From NCBI GenBank assembly GCA_018221205.1, contig JAAOYF010000013.1, positions 1 through 36,956 on the forward strand: a stretch of 36,956 bases of DNA, in the 5' to 3' direction. The position numbers and the translations under genes were made by a program. Positions 36,267 to 36,956 of this stretch are shown here, in pieces (the first letter of the stretch is position 1; every line of letters begins with the position of its first letter). The notes beneath the pieces were generated by a model. It made no database searches and was not told the origin of the DNA. It saw nothing but the letters and a program-made list of their open reading frames with translations. The DNA comes from Candidatus Woesearchaeota archaeon. GTDB taxonomy: Archaea > Nanobdellota > Nanobdellia > Woesearchaeales > WJIZ01.

Positions 36267-36740
36267 CTACATATCTTTATATTTTACAGTATTTCCATCA
36301 AGAATAGCTAGAGTGATGCCTGCTTCTTTGAAAATACGTTTAGTCTCTTTAGACTTATGATAATCATTGGAAGCGACAACTCTTTTAATACCGCAATTGA
36401 TGATCATCTTGGCACAAGTATAGCAAGGAGTCATCCTGCAGTACAAAGTACCCTCATTCAAAGAGATGCCTAGTTTAGCAGCCTGGCAGATCGCATTTTG
36501 TTCAGCATGCGTTGTCCTGACGCAATGCTGGCTCTCTTTGCCATCTTCATCGACCATCTTCTTCATCTCATGGCCGATATCATCGCAATGCTCAACGCCT
36601 TTAGGACTGCCTACATATCCAGTGACGAGAATCTGATTATTCTTGACGATCACGCAGCCGCTCCTACCCCGATCGCAGGTTGCACGAGTGCCTACTTCCT
36701 TCATGATCTTGCCAAAATACTCATCCCAAGACGGTCTCAT
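36267..36740 (-). CDS. dCMP deaminase / ComEB-family Zn deaminase
   Basis: RPSWDEYF, RATC, HAEQNAI, PCYTC. Confidence 0.92.
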   Translation of the reverse strand: MRPSWDEYFGKIMKEVGTRATCDRGRSGCVIVKNNQILVTGYVGSPKGVEHCDDIGHEMKKMVDEDGKESQHCVRTTHAEQNAICQAAKLGISLNEGTLYCRMTPCYTCAKMIINCGIKRVVASNDYHKSKETKRIFKEAGITLAILDGNTVKYKDM

Positions 36741-36819
36741 AGCAAACAGCAAAAGACCCATTCTTTAAAAAGATTTCTGCATGCGAAATTATATAAAGGA
36801 CTCTGCTCAAAAAGGTAGC

Positions 36820-36956
36820 ATGAAAAAAAGAGGGCTGTTTTTCCTAGTATTATTATTACCCTTAGTCTATGCAAATCCTCTTATTGTTGGAGAACGAGAG
36901 ACGATTGCCCTCTATACTCCTCAAGGTCTGCAGCGGATTGAAGCGACGATCGATAC
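36820..36956 (+). CDS. 5' part of a secreted protein (truncated by window end)
   Basis: TATA ~36789, SD AGGT, MKKRGLFFLVLLLPLVYA signal peptide; frame open to the edge. Confidence 0.65.
   Translation, partial: MKKRGLFFLVLLLPLVYANPLIVGERETIALYTPQGLQRIEATID

Noticed and set aside
249..36818. Many alternative-frame and antisense ORFs in the track (e.g. 4788-5201, 14548-15093, 19766-20401, 19886-20536, 28397-28996)
   Set aside because: Overlap well-supported genes and show no motifs or initiation signals

Overview
Archaeal chromosomal fragment, most consistent with a DPANN lineage such as Woesearchaeota (inferred from archaeal Pth2, TATA boxes ~25 nt before many leaderless ATGs, GAGGTG-type SD sites and a BHB-intron tRNA). 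Left part (1-11.9 kb): ribosome/RNA and cold-shock genes (RbgA-like GTPase, Ski2/HelY helicase, DEAD-box helicase, CspA), small chromatin-like proteins (CC1-like, DUF5679-like), a tandem Lrp regulator, and a membrane-anchored LysM + SleB-like + M15 peptidase peptidoglycan hydrolase. It also holds tRNA-Lys(CTT) with a 91-nt T-loop intron. Middle: glnA and a dapB-dapA-lysA-dapL lysine cluster. Right ~18 kb: a dense thiol-redox/oxidative-stress island (TlpA, CcdA, DipZ-like, two glutaredoxins, two DsbA-like proteins, ferritin, SOD, AhpC, Nth, IscA fusion, FNR-like, SSADH + ThDP decarboxylase, malic enzyme) with a CARF-like/wHTH regulator, a sensor-HAMP-wHTH membrane regulator and a 9-codon Cys leader ORF. 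A family of short composite palindromic elements occurs at gene junctions, around a PQ-loop gene and inside the tRNA intron. Several small ORFs missed by the ORF track are annotated. No CRISPR array, rRNA, transposase or integrase was seen. All family assignments come from motif recognition by eye, not database searches.
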